Virus record (IMG/VR): IMGVR_UViG_3300045988_170206
Coordinates: 73,845 to 137,844 of that record
Reading direction: 5' to 3' (one strand)
Origin: a virus
Length of the DNA: 64,000 bases
Shown here: positions 8,905-18,905 of the stretch, in pieces
Layout of the letters: every line of letters begins with the position of its first letter
Position numbering within the stretch: position 1 is the first letter of the stretch
Made by a program: the position numbers and the translations under genes
Notes under the pieces: generated by a model
Seen by the model: the letters and a program-made list of their open reading frames with translations, nothing else
Databases searched by the model: none
What the model was told of the DNA's origin: nothing

Positions 8905-9208
8905 GGAAGAAACACCCATGGAATGCTTGATTAAGTCTCTGGTGACGGTGGTTCAAGTCATCGTTATTGCTACCTTGCTCGGTGTGTTTTTCGGAGCGTC
9001 AGCTGTTTTCGCGTACAAGGGCACGCTCGTCGCGATTGACGAGTTTGGGTTCACGCCTGTATGTGTTGCAGCCTTCGTCACCTTCGGATTCCTGGCGGCT
9101 GCGGTTCAAGAATGGAAGGAGTCGAGGTGCAAGCAGAGCGACGCTCAACACTCGAGAGGCGAAGGCCCGGCAGAAAACGACAACCGCCCCACCAAGGATG
9201 AGAACTGA
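8897..9208 (+). CDS. predicted small membrane protein
   Basis: 103-aa ORF that overlaps the upstream stop. Two hydrophobic helices. Confidence 0.6.
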   Translation: MTEEETPMECLIKSLVTVVQVIVIATLLGVFFGASAVFAYKGTLVAIDEFGFTPVCVAAFVTFGFLAAAVQEWKESRCKQSDAQHSRGEGPAENDNRPTKDEN

Positions 9209-9209
9209 C

Positions 9210-9929
9210 ATGTACCTACAGACCGACCATACGTGCAGCATCGCCGACCTGTACGCCAGGCGAGACAGTATCGGCTTGTCCCGCAGTGAATGCAAACAGC
9301 CTCATCATCACCGCTCCCTGTTTGAGTGGGGGAGGGGTCAGCAAGCCTACTATCTGAACAATCTCACGCTGAACCTCTCTAGCCCTCCAGTTGTCTACAT
9401 CTGGGAACCCTCAGACGGGTTTGGTAGGGGCGCTGTCCTGGATGGTCGCCAGCGCCTCAAAGCATTCTTCTCCTACCTCGATGGCAACTATCGGCGGAGA
9501 GAAATTGCCCCTAGTGAATGGGGTGGAAAAGACTTCATCCACCTAGTTGCAAAAGACCCATCCCTCGCACAAATACTCCAACAAACCCCAATCCAGGTGG
9601 TCACCATCCAAGCTCCCTCCTACTGGGAAGCTGCCATCGCCACCTATCCCCAGATCTGCGGACACACTCGCGAAACCGTGTCGAATGAGCAGCAGATGCT
9701 CATGCACCATCTTGACGCGGGCGACAATATCTTCGGCAGCAGGGACTTCTGCGACCGAAAAGTAGCGAGCCTGAAAAAGAGCATCAATGGGATCGAGTTC
9801 CGCTACGCGGGGCTGCGAGTTCCAGTCCCCCAGCTTTCACCTCGCAACTGCTCAAAGATCGTAGAGTGGCAGATCAGGGCCACCGAGTTCGTCGCCAGAC
9901 ACCACCACAGAGGAGTCATCCCATGCTGA
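9210..9929 (+). CDS. DUF262/ParB-Srx-like nuclease-superfamily domain protein
   Basis: ATG at 9210, directly after the upstream stop. The motif AVLDGRQRLKAFFSYL matches the DGQQR signature of DUF262 (GmrSD N-terminal-type) domains. Confidence 0.65.
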   Translation: MYLQTDHTCSIADLYARRDSIGLSRSECKQPHHHRSLFEWGRGQQAYYLNNLTLNLSSPPVVYIWEPSDGFGRGAVLDGRQRLKAFFSYLDGNYRRREIAPSEWGGKDFIHLVAKDPSLAQILQQTPIQVVTIQAPSYWEAAIATYPQICGHTRETVSNEQQMLMHHLDAGDNIFGSRDFCDRKVASLKKSINGIEFRYAGLRVPVPQLSPRNCSKIVEWQIRATEFVARHHHRGVIPC

Positions 9930-10465
9930 GCACATTCATTATCCCTGACCCGGCAACTGTCCCCGATGACTACGACCTTCCGACAGAGCTCACCGTCCGC
10001 GGCCTCCCTACCCGCTGGATCGGTGAGTTCTGCGAGCACACCGGAAACGATGTCCGCATCGCCTTCTACGACCAGGCCTACGGGTACGACACCGAGGAAG
10101 ACGGCGGCGACGCGCTCGTATGGAACCCCAACACTCACGAGGTCTGGTACCTGTCCAGAGGCGACGTAGAAGCCATACAGCGCACCACCCCCGGCACGCC
10201 GTTCGCGCACTTAGGCTACTCGTACTACGTCCTCACCGAGGACATGAACCATGACTTCGACGTGCTCCAGCGTGAAGGGCTCAACTGCCAGATCTGCGCC
10301 AGCCACCTCGACGGAACCGACATGGAACCAGCCATCGACATCCTGGACCTTTACGGCGACTTCGGCAATCTCGCCTACCCCGGCGACATGATCGTCTACA
10401 CCAGCGGAGTACTCTACGAAACGATCCCCGAGGAGGTGGTCAAAGCCGTCAGGTCCACGTCCTGA
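9923..10465 (+). CDS. hypothetical protein
   Basis: ATG at 9923 with an AGAGGAG RBS. Overlaps the upstream stop. Confidence 0.7.
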   Translation: MLSTFIIPDPATVPDDYDLPTELTVRGLPTRWIGEFCEHTGNDVRIAFYDQAYGYDTEEDGGDALVWNPNTHEVWYLSRGDVEAIQRTTPGTPFAHLGYSYYVLTEDMNHDFDVLQREGLNCQICASHLDGTDMEPAIDILDLYGDFGNLAYPGDMIVYTSGVLYETIPEEVVKAVRSTS

Positions 10466-10484
10466 CCTCCTCATGTATGAAGCG

Positions 10485-10513
10485 CTCCTCCCCACTGACC
10501 ACCAGGGGAGGGG
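10485..10513 (+). terminator. GC-rich hairpin after the gene end (weak terminator candidate)
   Basis: CCTCCCC (10487-10493) pairs with GGGGAGG (10505-10511). There is no clear T tract. Confidence 0.35.
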
Positions 10514-10575
10514 TGCTTCCATATGTGGAGGGTTATCGAAAGTGGGCACCCATTATGGACTTGCGCCAACTTGCA

Positions 10576-10591
10576 GTAGTCCAATATGGGA
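10576..10591 (+). promoter_or_regulatory. GTAGTCCAA-N-TGGGA motif copy
   Basis: GTAGTCCAATATGGGA about 30 nt upstream of the RBS of the gene starting at 10624. Confidence 0.4.
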
Positions 10592-10623
10592 TATAGGCTG
10601 AGGGGCAGAAAGGAGTCCCCTCT

Positions 10624-11151
10624 ATGGCCGCACGTAAGGCGATTCTTGCCCTCGACTTCGACGAGGTGTTCATCCTCGCTCCCGGCACCCCAACCGCGAA
10701 AGGGGCATACTCAGATCGTGCCCGCACTCTGGTCACGGTCAAGCTCGACAGCGGACTCGTGGGCACGGGGGATGTCTGGTACTCGCCCCGCATGATCGAA
10801 GCCCTCAACGTCATCGTCAGCGACTCAGACAAGATTCTCCTCGCCTCATCGTGGGGCAAAGCGAGCATGAAAGCAGTGAAGGCCGTGGGCCTGCACCTCC
10901 CGCGTCGAAAGACCGTCAACCTGTTCCCATACCTCACGCCGGGCACCATCAGCCAGGAGCGCAAGCTCCGCCGTGCCCACGACCTCATCCTCGACCACCT
11001 CACCGACACAGACACCCGCATCGCATGGGTGGACGACCAGCACCCCCGAGGCTACGGGCAGGTAGACGGTATCAACACTATCGGCACCGACCCCATCACC
11101 GGCTTAACCCGAGCTGACCTCGCGCACATCCGCGACGTGCTCTTCTACTGA
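10624..11151 (+). CDS. HAD-superfamily hydrolase-like protein
   Basis: Strong GAAAGGAG RBS. N-terminal LALDFDEV fits the DxDx(T/V) motif I. SSWG and WVDDQ fit the later HAD motifs. Confidence 0.65.
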   Translation: MAARKAILALDFDEVFILAPGTPTAKGAYSDRARTLVTVKLDSGLVGTGDVWYSPRMIEALNVIVSDSDKILLASSWGKASMKAVKAVGLHLPRRKTVNLFPYLTPGTISQERKLRRAHDLILDHLTDTDTRIAWVDDQHPRGYGQVDGINTIGTDPITGLTRADLAHIRDVLFY

Positions 11152-11163
11152 AAGGAACCACCC

Positions 11164-11883
11164 ATGCCATTGACGCTCAAGTGGGCGAACGGCACCTGCA
11201 CGGGCGACCTCACGCAGGTCGCGAGCCTCGTTACGGCCATCACCCAGAAGAAGCCCTGGACACAGACGACACGCAAGCCTGGTGGGCTCATCGTGTGGCA
11301 GAAGTGGGACGAGTCGGAGCAACTAATGTCAGTGGGTGACCCCACCATCGCTGACGACCTCGCCGACCTCCTCGCCGACCACCTGGGAGTCCCCCAGGAC
11401 GAGGTGACCATCAAGCCTGACCCGCGTGACTCGTCGCAGCTGACCGCCAGCGAACTACGCGCTCGACGACTCCGCGCCCACCTCAGCAAGGCCGATCTCG
11501 CTGAGATGTGTGGTGTCAATGCGTACACGGTGCGCAACTGGGAGCAAGGCGTGCGCACCGTCATCCCCACCCGACTCCTGCGCGTTTTCCAGCGCCTCGA
11601 CTCCTACAGGGAGGAAGCCCATACAACAGTCCACGCCGAAGCAGTGCGCCTCGCCGGAAACGAGGACGCGCTCACGCAGACTGACTTCACCGGCTACGCC
11701 GTCTACGCGCCCAACGACCACGCATACGCAACCCTCTGGCCGGACGCTGTAATCAACGCCGACATGTGGCGTGATGTCATCATCGAGTGCGGGCGCTTCC
11801 GCACCGTTGCAAGCGACTACGAGGCAAGACTCATGGGCCTTAAGCTCATGACCATCGAACCACCACGAAAGGGCAAGCCATGA
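11164..11883 (+). CDS. XRE-family helix-turn-helix domain protein
   Basis: Central segment LRARRLRAHLSKADLAEMCGVNAYTVRNWEQGVRTV is a typical Cro/C1 HTH. Confidence 0.8.
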   Translation: MPLTLKWANGTCTGDLTQVASLVTAITQKKPWTQTTRKPGGLIVWQKWDESEQLMSVGDPTIADDLADLLADHLGVPQDEVTIKPDPRDSSQLTASELRARRLRAHLSKADLAEMCGVNAYTVRNWEQGVRTVIPTRLLRVFQRLDSYREEAHTTVHAEAVRLAGNEDALTQTDFTGYAVYAPNDHAYATLWPDAVINADMWRDVIIECGRFRTVASDYEARLMGLKLMTIEPPRKGKP

Positions 11884-12695
11884 GAATCGCGCCAGCGCCA
11901 CAACAACCAGAGCGGCCCACCCTCGAGACCGCCTGGGTCGAAGACGAGAGCGCCCCTGCGCCATCGCGTAAGCGCGCCATCATCGTCATCCTCATCGCCG
12001 TTGTCGCTCTCATCGCGTCAGGTGTCGCAGCATGGGTGTGGAGCACCCCCCAGCCGCAAACACCCGCACCCCAGCCTGCGGCTACACAGACGGCACGCGC
12101 GTACACGGCCAGCGACTACGAGGAAAACCGCGCAATCTGCCGAGAGATGTACGAGACCCGCGACCTCCAGCTCTACTGGTCATGCGTCGTCGGCGACATC
12201 CGCCTCGGACAGGAAACAGACCCAGCGGTCCCGCTCACGGATCTGCCACCCGTCCGCCTAGCACCAAAGGCCAGCCTCGGAGGCCAAACCGACATCGCCT
12301 TCGCGCCCGACGCAACCGCGCGATGCTACGCCACCGGCTACTGCCTCACCGACGCAACCTTCAACGCGGGCCACACCAACGTCAAGGTCATGTTCACGCG
12401 AGGCGACGGCGACATCATGGGCATCTTCGTCCCCACAACAGACGCGTCCACCGTCATGACGCAAGAAGTCCTTGCACCCTACATGCCCACCGGAGCCGCC
12501 CCGGACCCCACCGTCCACCAGGCGACCCTCAGCCGCATCCACATGGGAGCCGACACCCTCGTCGGCTACGTGTTCTCACAGCCCCGCTACTGCGGCGACA
12601 CGCCCGACGAGTGCTCCGCAAAGTACACGGCCCGCACACCCATCCCCTTCACGGGCACCACACACATCACCACCCAAGCCGAAGCCCAGAACTGA
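11880..12695 (+). CDS. membrane-anchored extracytoplasmic protein, unknown function
   Basis: ATGA overlap with the upstream gene. A single TM helix (IIVILIAVVALIASGVAAWVW) is followed by a Pro-rich linker. Confidence 0.7.
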   Translation: MRIAPAPQQPERPTLETAWVEDESAPAPSRKRAIIVILIAVVALIASGVAAWVWSTPQPQTPAPQPAATQTARAYTASDYEENRAICREMYETRDLQLYWSCVVGDIRLGQETDPAVPLTDLPPVRLAPKASLGGQTDIAFAPDATARCYATGYCLTDATFNAGHTNVKVMFTRGDGDIMGIFVPTTDASTVMTQEVLAPYMPTGAAPDPTVHQATLSRIHMGADTLVGYVFSQPRYCGDTPDECSAKYTARTPIPFTGTTHITTQAEAQN

Positions 12696-12706
12696 GAGAG
12701 TCCGTC

Positions 12707-13807
12707 ATGTCAGTCGAGAGAACCACCATCGAGCACTACGCGCCCAGTAGCGACTTCGCGCGCGTCCTCCAAGGCCGCTACGTCGTGGAGATCGACGAAG
12801 AGTTCGACACCATCACTCTCGACGACGGCACGATCCTCGAGGTCGAAGGCAACGAAGGATGCGGATGGTGCAGGTCAGGCTGGTACGACTTCATCAACGT
12901 CTTCAAGCAGGGCGACAGCCACGCGCGCATCATGAGCGCCCACGTCGCCTGCGACATCGACGAGGAGAACGACGATGAGGGAGCAGTTGACCCACACGTC
13001 TACACCCTGTTCGTCATGGTGGACGGCAACCCAGGGTTCCTGCCTCTCGCGACGATCCGCGGCGACGACGGTGCTGGCGGTTACGGCACCGGGTTTAGGA
13101 TCTTCGCGAACGTCGTTGTCCCTCCGACTTCGGCGACGCGCCAAGACCTAGCCAACGCCATAGCAGGAGGCCTCTACCCGCTCAACGACACAACGGAAGA
13201 TGTGCTCACCTTCGTCGCAGGCATCCTCTACGACGCGCGTGGAGCTAACGTCCCCGTCCGCATCTGCGGCGATGAGGCAACCCGCTTTCACGTGGACCTT
13301 CTGGATATGCGCGACCAGACCGACAAGGAGATCGGCCTGCCCTACAAGCCGTCATTCCATCACCTCGAGAATGGCCTCACTCTCCTATGGCACAAAGACA
13401 CGGACGGTAGCTTCACGTTCGTCCTTCGAGACCTGAGAGCCCACACGGGAGGACTCAGCGTGTATGCGCGAAACCTCAGCGCCTTCCTCAACGCCATCCA
13501 CGAGCGCGCACAGCACGCCGAAGTCGTCAGGTTTGTAGCCGCATCAGCATCACGCAACAACTACCTCACAGTAGACGGCGAACGCATCCCCTCATGCGGT
13601 TTCCTCCTGTCGGAACTCGACGGCACCTACATGTACGCCGAACAGGAACGATCTGACCAACTCGACAAGCCAAGCCAATACGTCATGAACCAGAAAACCG
13701 GCAGAGAAATGCGCTATACCTCAAACCTGCGCACCATCAAGCCACTCGCCGATAACGGAGTGATCCTCGTGGCCACAAGCGATACGAAGGACGTGTGGGC
13801 GCTCTAA
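12707..13807 (+). CDS. hypothetical protein, paralog family A
   Basis: Start taken at the ATG at 12707. The 225-codon R/P/H-rich extension in the ORF track overlaps the previous gene and was rejected. Paralog of 5051..6115. Confidence 0.8.
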   Translation: MSVERTTIEHYAPSSDFARVLQGRYVVEIDEEFDTITLDDGTILEVEGNEGCGWCRSGWYDFINVFKQGDSHARIMSAHVACDIDEENDDEGAVDPHVYTLFVMVDGNPGFLPLATIRGDDGAGGYGTGFRIFANVVVPPTSATRQDLANAIAGGLYPLNDTTEDVLTFVAGILYDARGANVPVRICGDEATRFHVDLLDMRDQTDKEIGLPYKPSFHHLENGLTLLWHKDTDGSFTFVLRDLRAHTGGLSVYARNLSAFLNAIHERAQHAEVVRFVAASASRNNYLTVDGERIPSCGFLLSELDGTYMYAEQERSDQLDKPSQYVMNQKTGREMRYTSNLRTIKPLADNGVILVATSDTKDVWAL

Positions 13808-13881
13808 GCGGCGTTACGTTGCATCCTGCTCATCAGCGGATGCTCACACCGTGAACCGTCCGCGCACGAAAGGAAACCGTC

Positions 13882-15045
13882 ATGGCGCTCATCAACAAGG
13901 ACACGCGCATCGCGCGATACTCAGCCGAAGAAGGCGTGGGCTGGGTGCCCCTCGTCCCCGGCCTGGAAACATCCCCGTCGTTCGACAAGTACCTGGAAGA
14001 AACCGGCTACTACATCAACGACTACAGCGACCGTGATGAAGACAATCTGCTTCGAGACTCACTCTTGGACCCTCTGGGCCCCGTGTGGGACGACATGAAC
14101 GAAGAGTTCCTGCTCGACCTCTACGAGGGCTGGGGCCACATCCCCATGGTCGGCCCGGACACTCCCGTCTTCGCGTTCGTCGAAGGCAAAGCCCCCACCT
14201 CGGCACCACTGTCGAAGGCCATCAGCTCACCCCTGATCGGCGGAGGCGAAACACTCGCCCTGAAAGTCCTGCACGAAGTCGCTGACAGGCGGAACATCTA
14301 CGTCCCCAGCGACGCGACCGTGTACGACGTTCTGAACCTCATCAGCATGGCAACAAACAGCCCCCTCTGGGCCCTCAACTGCCTCCTACGCGCCCAAAGC
14401 AGCCAGAGCGGCAACCAGCTCACACTCGGCTACCACGAGAACCAACGCGAAAGCAGCTGGATCGCAGCCACCCACAACAGCGGCTACGCCTGCGCCTTCG
14501 ACCTACTCGACCAAGACCTACGACGCGACTACGGCGTGAACTACGTGATCGTCCCCGACGACGACCACAACGACTACTTCTACACCAACGCCCAGTACCG
14601 CGACAAGAACATGAAAGTCATGCGATACAAGGAAAACGGCGTAGTCGGAGACGCTATCGAACTACTCGACCTCGACGGCGGCAACGCATACCCCAACCTC
14701 CATGGATGCCAGCCCAAGACACGAATGCCTGAACTCCTGCGTCTCGACAAGTACCTCGCGACGATGAAAAACCTGCCCCAAGGTACTCAGGTACCCATCG
14801 CGATCTACTCCACCAACAAGGGGGACACAATCACGATCAACGGTACACGCATCCCCGCATTCAAGATCGTCGCCGAAGACCTCTACGAGCGCTGTGAACT
14901 CTACGACCGCACCGACTTCCGAGTCATGCGGCAACCCATCCGCTCATACGGTCGCTTCCAACTGCGCCCACAGTTCGGCAAGCACATCCTCACTCCAACA
15001 CCCAGCGGGAACGCCGTCCTCGCCCACATCCAGAAGCAACGGTGA
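13882..15045 (+). CDS. hypothetical protein (shares the C-terminal T-I-T-I-N-G-x-R-I-P-A module)
   Basis: 387-aa ORF with a GAAAGGAAACC RBS. C-terminal DTITINGTRIPAFKIV...PSGNAVLAHI resembles the C-terminus of 17209..17892 and of family A. Confidence 0.8.
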   Translation: MALINKDTRIARYSAEEGVGWVPLVPGLETSPSFDKYLEETGYYINDYSDRDEDNLLRDSLLDPLGPVWDDMNEEFLLDLYEGWGHIPMVGPDTPVFAFVEGKAPTSAPLSKAISSPLIGGGETLALKVLHEVADRRNIYVPSDATVYDVLNLISMATNSPLWALNCLLRAQSSQSGNQLTLGYHENQRESSWIAATHNSGYACAFDLLDQDLRRDYGVNYVIVPDDDHNDYFYTNAQYRDKNMKVMRYKENGVVGDAIELLDLDGGNAYPNLHGCQPKTRMPELLRLDKYLATMKNLPQGTQVPIAIYSTNKGDTITINGTRIPAFKIVAEDLYERCELYDRTDFRVMRQPIRSYGRFQLRPQFGKHILTPTPSGNAVLAHIQKQR

Positions 15046-15051
15046 CACCAC

Positions 15052-15981
15052 ATGCGCATCAACGACAAGTCCCTCTTCCCCTACCGGGGGAAGTACGGTT
15101 CGCGCCCACCCCTCAACTTTGGGCGCACCAAAACCCACATGCAAAGCTCCATCGGAACCAGCATCCTCCTCACCGACGCATACGACGGCCTCATCGGCCC
15201 CGTCTGGATCGCCATTCCCGACCCGGCGTTCAGCGACCCCGAGACGATGCCGGTTCCCCCCTACAAAATCGCCGTAAACCTACGCGCCCGCGAAGTCATC
15301 AACCAGACAGTCACGCCCCAGGTTGAGATCGTGGCCTACGCACGTACACACATGTCCCCCGCGTCTGCGATGCAGGCCAGCATCGACGCGATTGTTCACT
15401 TTCCAGGTGGCGGAGCTGGGCTTGCTGAGGTCACCAAAACACGAGACAATCCCAACGGCCCAGGCAAGGTGACACGAACATCGACCCTAAAGCCAGACAG
15501 TCACCTCGTCATTGGAGCCAACGAGGTCTGGCCCGTAGACCCGATCCCCGTGCGCACATGGTCAGGCCGCAACCCCGTGTACGTCCTCCACGCCGACGAC
15601 GTGAAGAATATGTCCGACAAGACCCTCGACCTCATCCTCCGACGCACCCCATCCGTGCTCGCACACAACCGAGGTCGCGAGTACGGTGAAATCTGGGACG
15701 AAGAACTCGAACAAGACCCAACCGACTGGGACACCCCGTTCCTCCTACGTATTCTCGCGCGCAGCATCCCCGGAAACACCAAGGTCGGACGATCAGACAC
15801 CCAAACCAAAGGCCTGTGGACGTACTGGGTGAGCCGCGACGGGCGCAAGCCCCGTAAGCTCGCCGACTTCACCAACCCGCTGGTCTACACTGGAGCGACC
15901 CTCAGCTTCCTCGCCTGGAGCGTGTACGGAAACCTCGAGGAAGACCTCGCAAGAAAGACAGAAGACCTGCTCCACCGTTAA
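15052..15981 (+). CDS. hypothetical protein
   Basis: 309-aa ORF, closely spaced with its neighbours. Confidence 0.8.
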   Translation: MRINDKSLFPYRGKYGSRPPLNFGRTKTHMQSSIGTSILLTDAYDGLIGPVWIAIPDPAFSDPETMPVPPYKIAVNLRAREVINQTVTPQVEIVAYARTHMSPASAMQASIDAIVHFPGGGAGLAEVTKTRDNPNGPGKVTRTSTLKPDSHLVIGANEVWPVDPIPVRTWSGRNPVYVLHADDVKNMSDKTLDLILRRTPSVLAHNRGREYGEIWDEELEQDPTDWDTPFLLRILARSIPGNTKVGRSDTQTKGLWTYWVSRDGRKPRKLADFTNPLVYTGATLSFLAWSVYGNLEEDLARKTEDLLHR

Positions 15982-16001
15982 CCCCCGAAAGGGAACCCCA
16001 C

Positions 16002-17195
16002 ATGCTCACACGCGCCCGACGAGTACTCCTCGCTCTCATCGCCGCGGCCACCGTCATGCTGCCGCTCACCCCAGCTCCCGCATACGCTCTCCCAGCCAAC
16101 CCCAATGTCTCCGATGAGGTCATCGAGGCGAACTGGGCGACCCTATCCGCTGAGCAGCAGGAAGCAGCCAAGCAGGTTGTTGCAGAAGCCAAGGCCGAAG
16201 GCTACTCGGCGGAGGCCGCAGCGGCCATCGCCGGTAACTTCTGGCGCGAGTCCCACTTCAACGTGGACGCAGTGAACGCCTCATCGGGCGCGTGTGGCAT
16301 GTACCAGGCCCTCGGAGATCGACAGACCCTCCTGTTCACCTACAACGGAGTCTCAGGCTGTTCAGGCCTCAAAGCCAAAGAAACCACCCAAGCGGCGCTC
16401 GCGGACGGACGCAGCGAATGGCTCGGCTGGCCCACCACCAGCAGCATCTACGGCGGCATGGCATCCTACGCGCTCAACGAAGCCGACACCTGGGGCATCA
16501 CCGGCGGCACCGTCCCCTCCGCCGACGACTCATTCGGGAGCCTCGAAGGCTTCAAGAGCACCGACAACTGGTACTTCGCGACCTGGATCTGGATGACGAA
16601 CTGGGAAGCCCCCGGCGCAGCTGAAGCAGGCTTCATGGAGCGCGCCTCCTACGCTGCAACCGTCCTCAAGAAAGTCGGCAACACCGACCCCACCGCAAAG
16701 TCCACCACAAGCGGCGCACAGTCCGGCTCAGGCGGGGGAGTCCTCGACGAGTGGTCCCTCCCTGGTATGCCCAAGAAACCCGAAATCACTAAAGGCCAGT
16801 CCCTCACGTTCGCGGACGGTTCACAGCTCACGGCGAAGCAGCGCGCAAACGCCTCCGACCTGAAAACGCAGCTCGAAGAAGAACGGGACCGAGAAGCAGC
16901 TGAGTCAGCTCGAACATGGGTCGCCGTCGTCGGTGTCGTCCTGTTTGTCTACGCTCTCGTCATCCTCCTAGCCCTCCTGATCGACCTGTCGTTCCCGCTG
17001 TTCTCTGTCCTCAAGGGTGTGACCTTCGGGCGGATCAAGTACTCACCGCTACCAGCCGACGAGCGCCCGAAAGGCACCTACGGAGTCGCCGGAGTCCTAG
17101 CCACCTGTTTCGCCTTCGCAGCCCTCGGTGCCCTCATCTTCACGGGCGTGATCCAAACCTGGCTCGCGCACCTCGTCATCGCTCTCACCTCTTGA
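16002..17195 (+). CDS. secreted lysozyme-like (phage tail lysozyme-type) protein with a C-terminal membrane module
   Basis: Signal peptide ...APAYA|LP. AAAIAGNFWRESHFNVDAVNASSGACGMYQ resembles the (A/I)GN...ES.fnp motif of phage-tail-lysozyme domains. The C-terminal TM segment is shared with 22551..23885. Confidence 0.7.
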   Translation: MLTRARRVLLALIAAATVMLPLTPAPAYALPANPNVSDEVIEANWATLSAEQQEAAKQVVAEAKAEGYSAEAAAAIAGNFWRESHFNVDAVNASSGACGMYQALGDRQTLLFTYNGVSGCSGLKAKETTQAALADGRSEWLGWPTTSSIYGGMASYALNEADTWGITGGTVPSADDSFGSLEGFKSTDNWYFATWIWMTNWEAPGAAEAGFMERASYAATVLKKVGNTDPTAKSTTSGAQSGSGGGVLDEWSLPGMPKKPEITKGQSLTFADGSQLTAKQRANASDLKTQLEEERDREAAESARTWVAVVGVVLFVYALVILLALLIDLSFPLFSVLKGVTFGRIKYSPLPADERPKGTYGVAGVLATCFAFAALGALIFTGVIQTWLAHLVIALTS

Positions 17196-17208
17196 AAGGA
17201 ACCCTCCC

Positions 17209-17892
17209 ATGACCCGCCAGTCCGAAACCGACTTCGCAACGAACCTCGTCACCAAGTACGGGCAGCAATGCGCCGAGCTCTTCGCCCTGTTCCTCCACAC
17301 CATCCCCCTCGGATGCTCATGGGCGTTCCTGCACCCCCAGCAGGTCGAAGACCTTGGCCTGCCCTGCAACCCAGAAGGCCCCGTCCCCCTCATCTGGGAT
17401 CCCCAACACAAAGCGGTCACCACTCGCACCGCCGCCAACGCGAACGCCTCCACCCTGACGTTCGTCCTCATCCCCGTCGTCGGTGGCTTCATCCTCGAAA
17501 CCGCCTACAGCGTCGCCGTCAACGTCATCGAACAGTGCGGGGGACTCTACGACGAAGACATCCTCACGACAGCGGGGGAGAGCCGCACCAAAGCCAAGGA
17601 GCTGTTCGCTAAGCGCCTCGAAAAAGCAATCAACGACGGTGGCGAGCTCCGCTTCGGCTACTACTGCGTCAACGGCTCCCAGACGATCACCATGAACGGT
17701 GTCGCCTACCCCGCCTACTCGCTCCCACTACGCGCCATCGCCGAAATCGCAGCACAACAGGGCCTCTCCTTCCGCGTCCCCCAACATGCCCCCATCCTGG
17801 CCTCCACTGTCGCCGCAAGCCCCTGGGACACCCTCTCCCGATCAGTTGCAGCCCCCTCTGGCAACGCAATCCTCGGATCCCTCGCCCGCTGA
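17209..17892 (+). CDS. hypothetical protein (C-terminal TITMNG...PSGNAILGSL module)
   Basis: 227-aa ORF with a GAAAGGAACC RBS. Confidence 0.7.
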   Translation: MTRQSETDFATNLVTKYGQQCAELFALFLHTIPLGCSWAFLHPQQVEDLGLPCNPEGPVPLIWDPQHKAVTTRTAANANASTLTFVLIPVVGGFILETAYSVAVNVIEQCGGLYDEDILTTAGESRTKAKELFAKRLEKAINDGGELRFGYYCVNGSQTITMNGVAYPAYSLPLRAIAEIAAQQGLSFRVPQHAPILASTVAASPWDTLSRSVAAPSGNAILGSLAR

Positions 17893-17903
17893 AAGACACT
17901 GCC

Positions 17904-18530
17904 ATGTTCATCCACATTCCAGAGCGCCCCACCCATGAAGGCATCGCCCCCACCCTCGAACTCCAGATCCGCGCCCGACTGGACAACGCCCCGACAGAAC
18001 CCGCCAGTGAAGCTGTCACCATCAGCTCACCCCAATACGAGACCTTCATCGCGCAATGCACAGAAGCTCTCCAGCGCGACAAGTCCATCGACCTCGAAGT
18101 CTCACCCGCGAGCGCAAACGACACTGAGACCATCACCATCGTCAATGACTCCGGCATCACCGTAGAAGACATGCGCGAAACCCTGAACGACCTCATTGGA
18201 GACGCGCCCGACATCGGAGTCACGATTAGCGTCAACGACGGCCAGTACACCATCACTCTGACCGCCGTCCCCGACCTGCCCGTCCTCGAAGCCCACGTCG
18301 AAACACTCACCTGGTCCGCAGATGGACACACCCTCACGCCCACCATCCACACAACAACGGGAACCGAGATCCCCACATGGACCCCGGCGATCCTCGCTCA
18401 AACCGAAGCGTACCCAGGTGGGACCGTCCGCTACGTCGATACCACCTACGGGCCGATCCCCTGCACCCCACAGGGGACAGTCATCATCGACGCAGCCATA
18501 GCCACCTCAATACACCACGCCAGCGTGTAA
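17904..18530 (+). CDS. hypothetical protein
   Basis: 208-aa ORF, same operon spacing. Confidence 0.7.
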   Translation: MFIHIPERPTHEGIAPTLELQIRARLDNAPTEPASEAVTISSPQYETFIAQCTEALQRDKSIDLEVSPASANDTETITIVNDSGITVEDMRETLNDLIGDAPDIGVTISVNDGQYTITLTAVPDLPVLEAHVETLTWSADGHTLTPTIHTTTGTEIPTWTPAILAQTEAYPGGTVRYVDTTYGPIPCTPQGTVIIDAAIATSIHHASV

Positions 18531-18617
18531 CACTCCTTCCGCATCCCTTCCAGTTGGTACCCTTAAAGAAACTAGGGCAAAAGCCCCGGTTATGGCACCC
18601 GCAGGAAGGGAGGCGCT

Positions 18618-18884
18618 GTGCGCCGCTACATCGAACAAACCACACAGCCCGACGGGACCGTCACTGAGACCCCCGTTGACGGCATCGTGCTCACCGAGCG
18701 CGAGTACCAGGAACAGCGCGACCAGCTGGAAACCCTCATCGTCACCGCCGACACCTTCCTCCAGCAAGCACAAAGCGCCCTCGACTCCCTCATGGACACC
18801 TACAGGGCACAGCGCCCCACCGACAAGGCGTACCTCGCAGCCTTCGGTCTCGAAGACGACCCCCAGCCCGAAACCATCCTCTAA
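18618..18884 (+). CDS. hypothetical small protein
   Basis: GTG start with a GGAAGGGAGG RBS. Confidence 0.55.
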   Translation: MRRYIEQTTQPDGTVTETPVDGIVLTEREYQEQRDQLETLIVTADTFLQQAQSALDSLMDTYRAQRPTDKAYLAAFGLEDDPQPETIL

Positions 18885-18905
18885 GCTCCCATCGAACGGA
18901 TCACC

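Noticed and set aside
12032-12706. 225-codon N-terminal extension of the 12032..13807 ORF.
   Set aside because: The translation is R/P/H-rich nonsense that overlaps the well-formed 11880..12695 gene in another frame. The paralog 5051..6115 aligns from the ATG at 12707.
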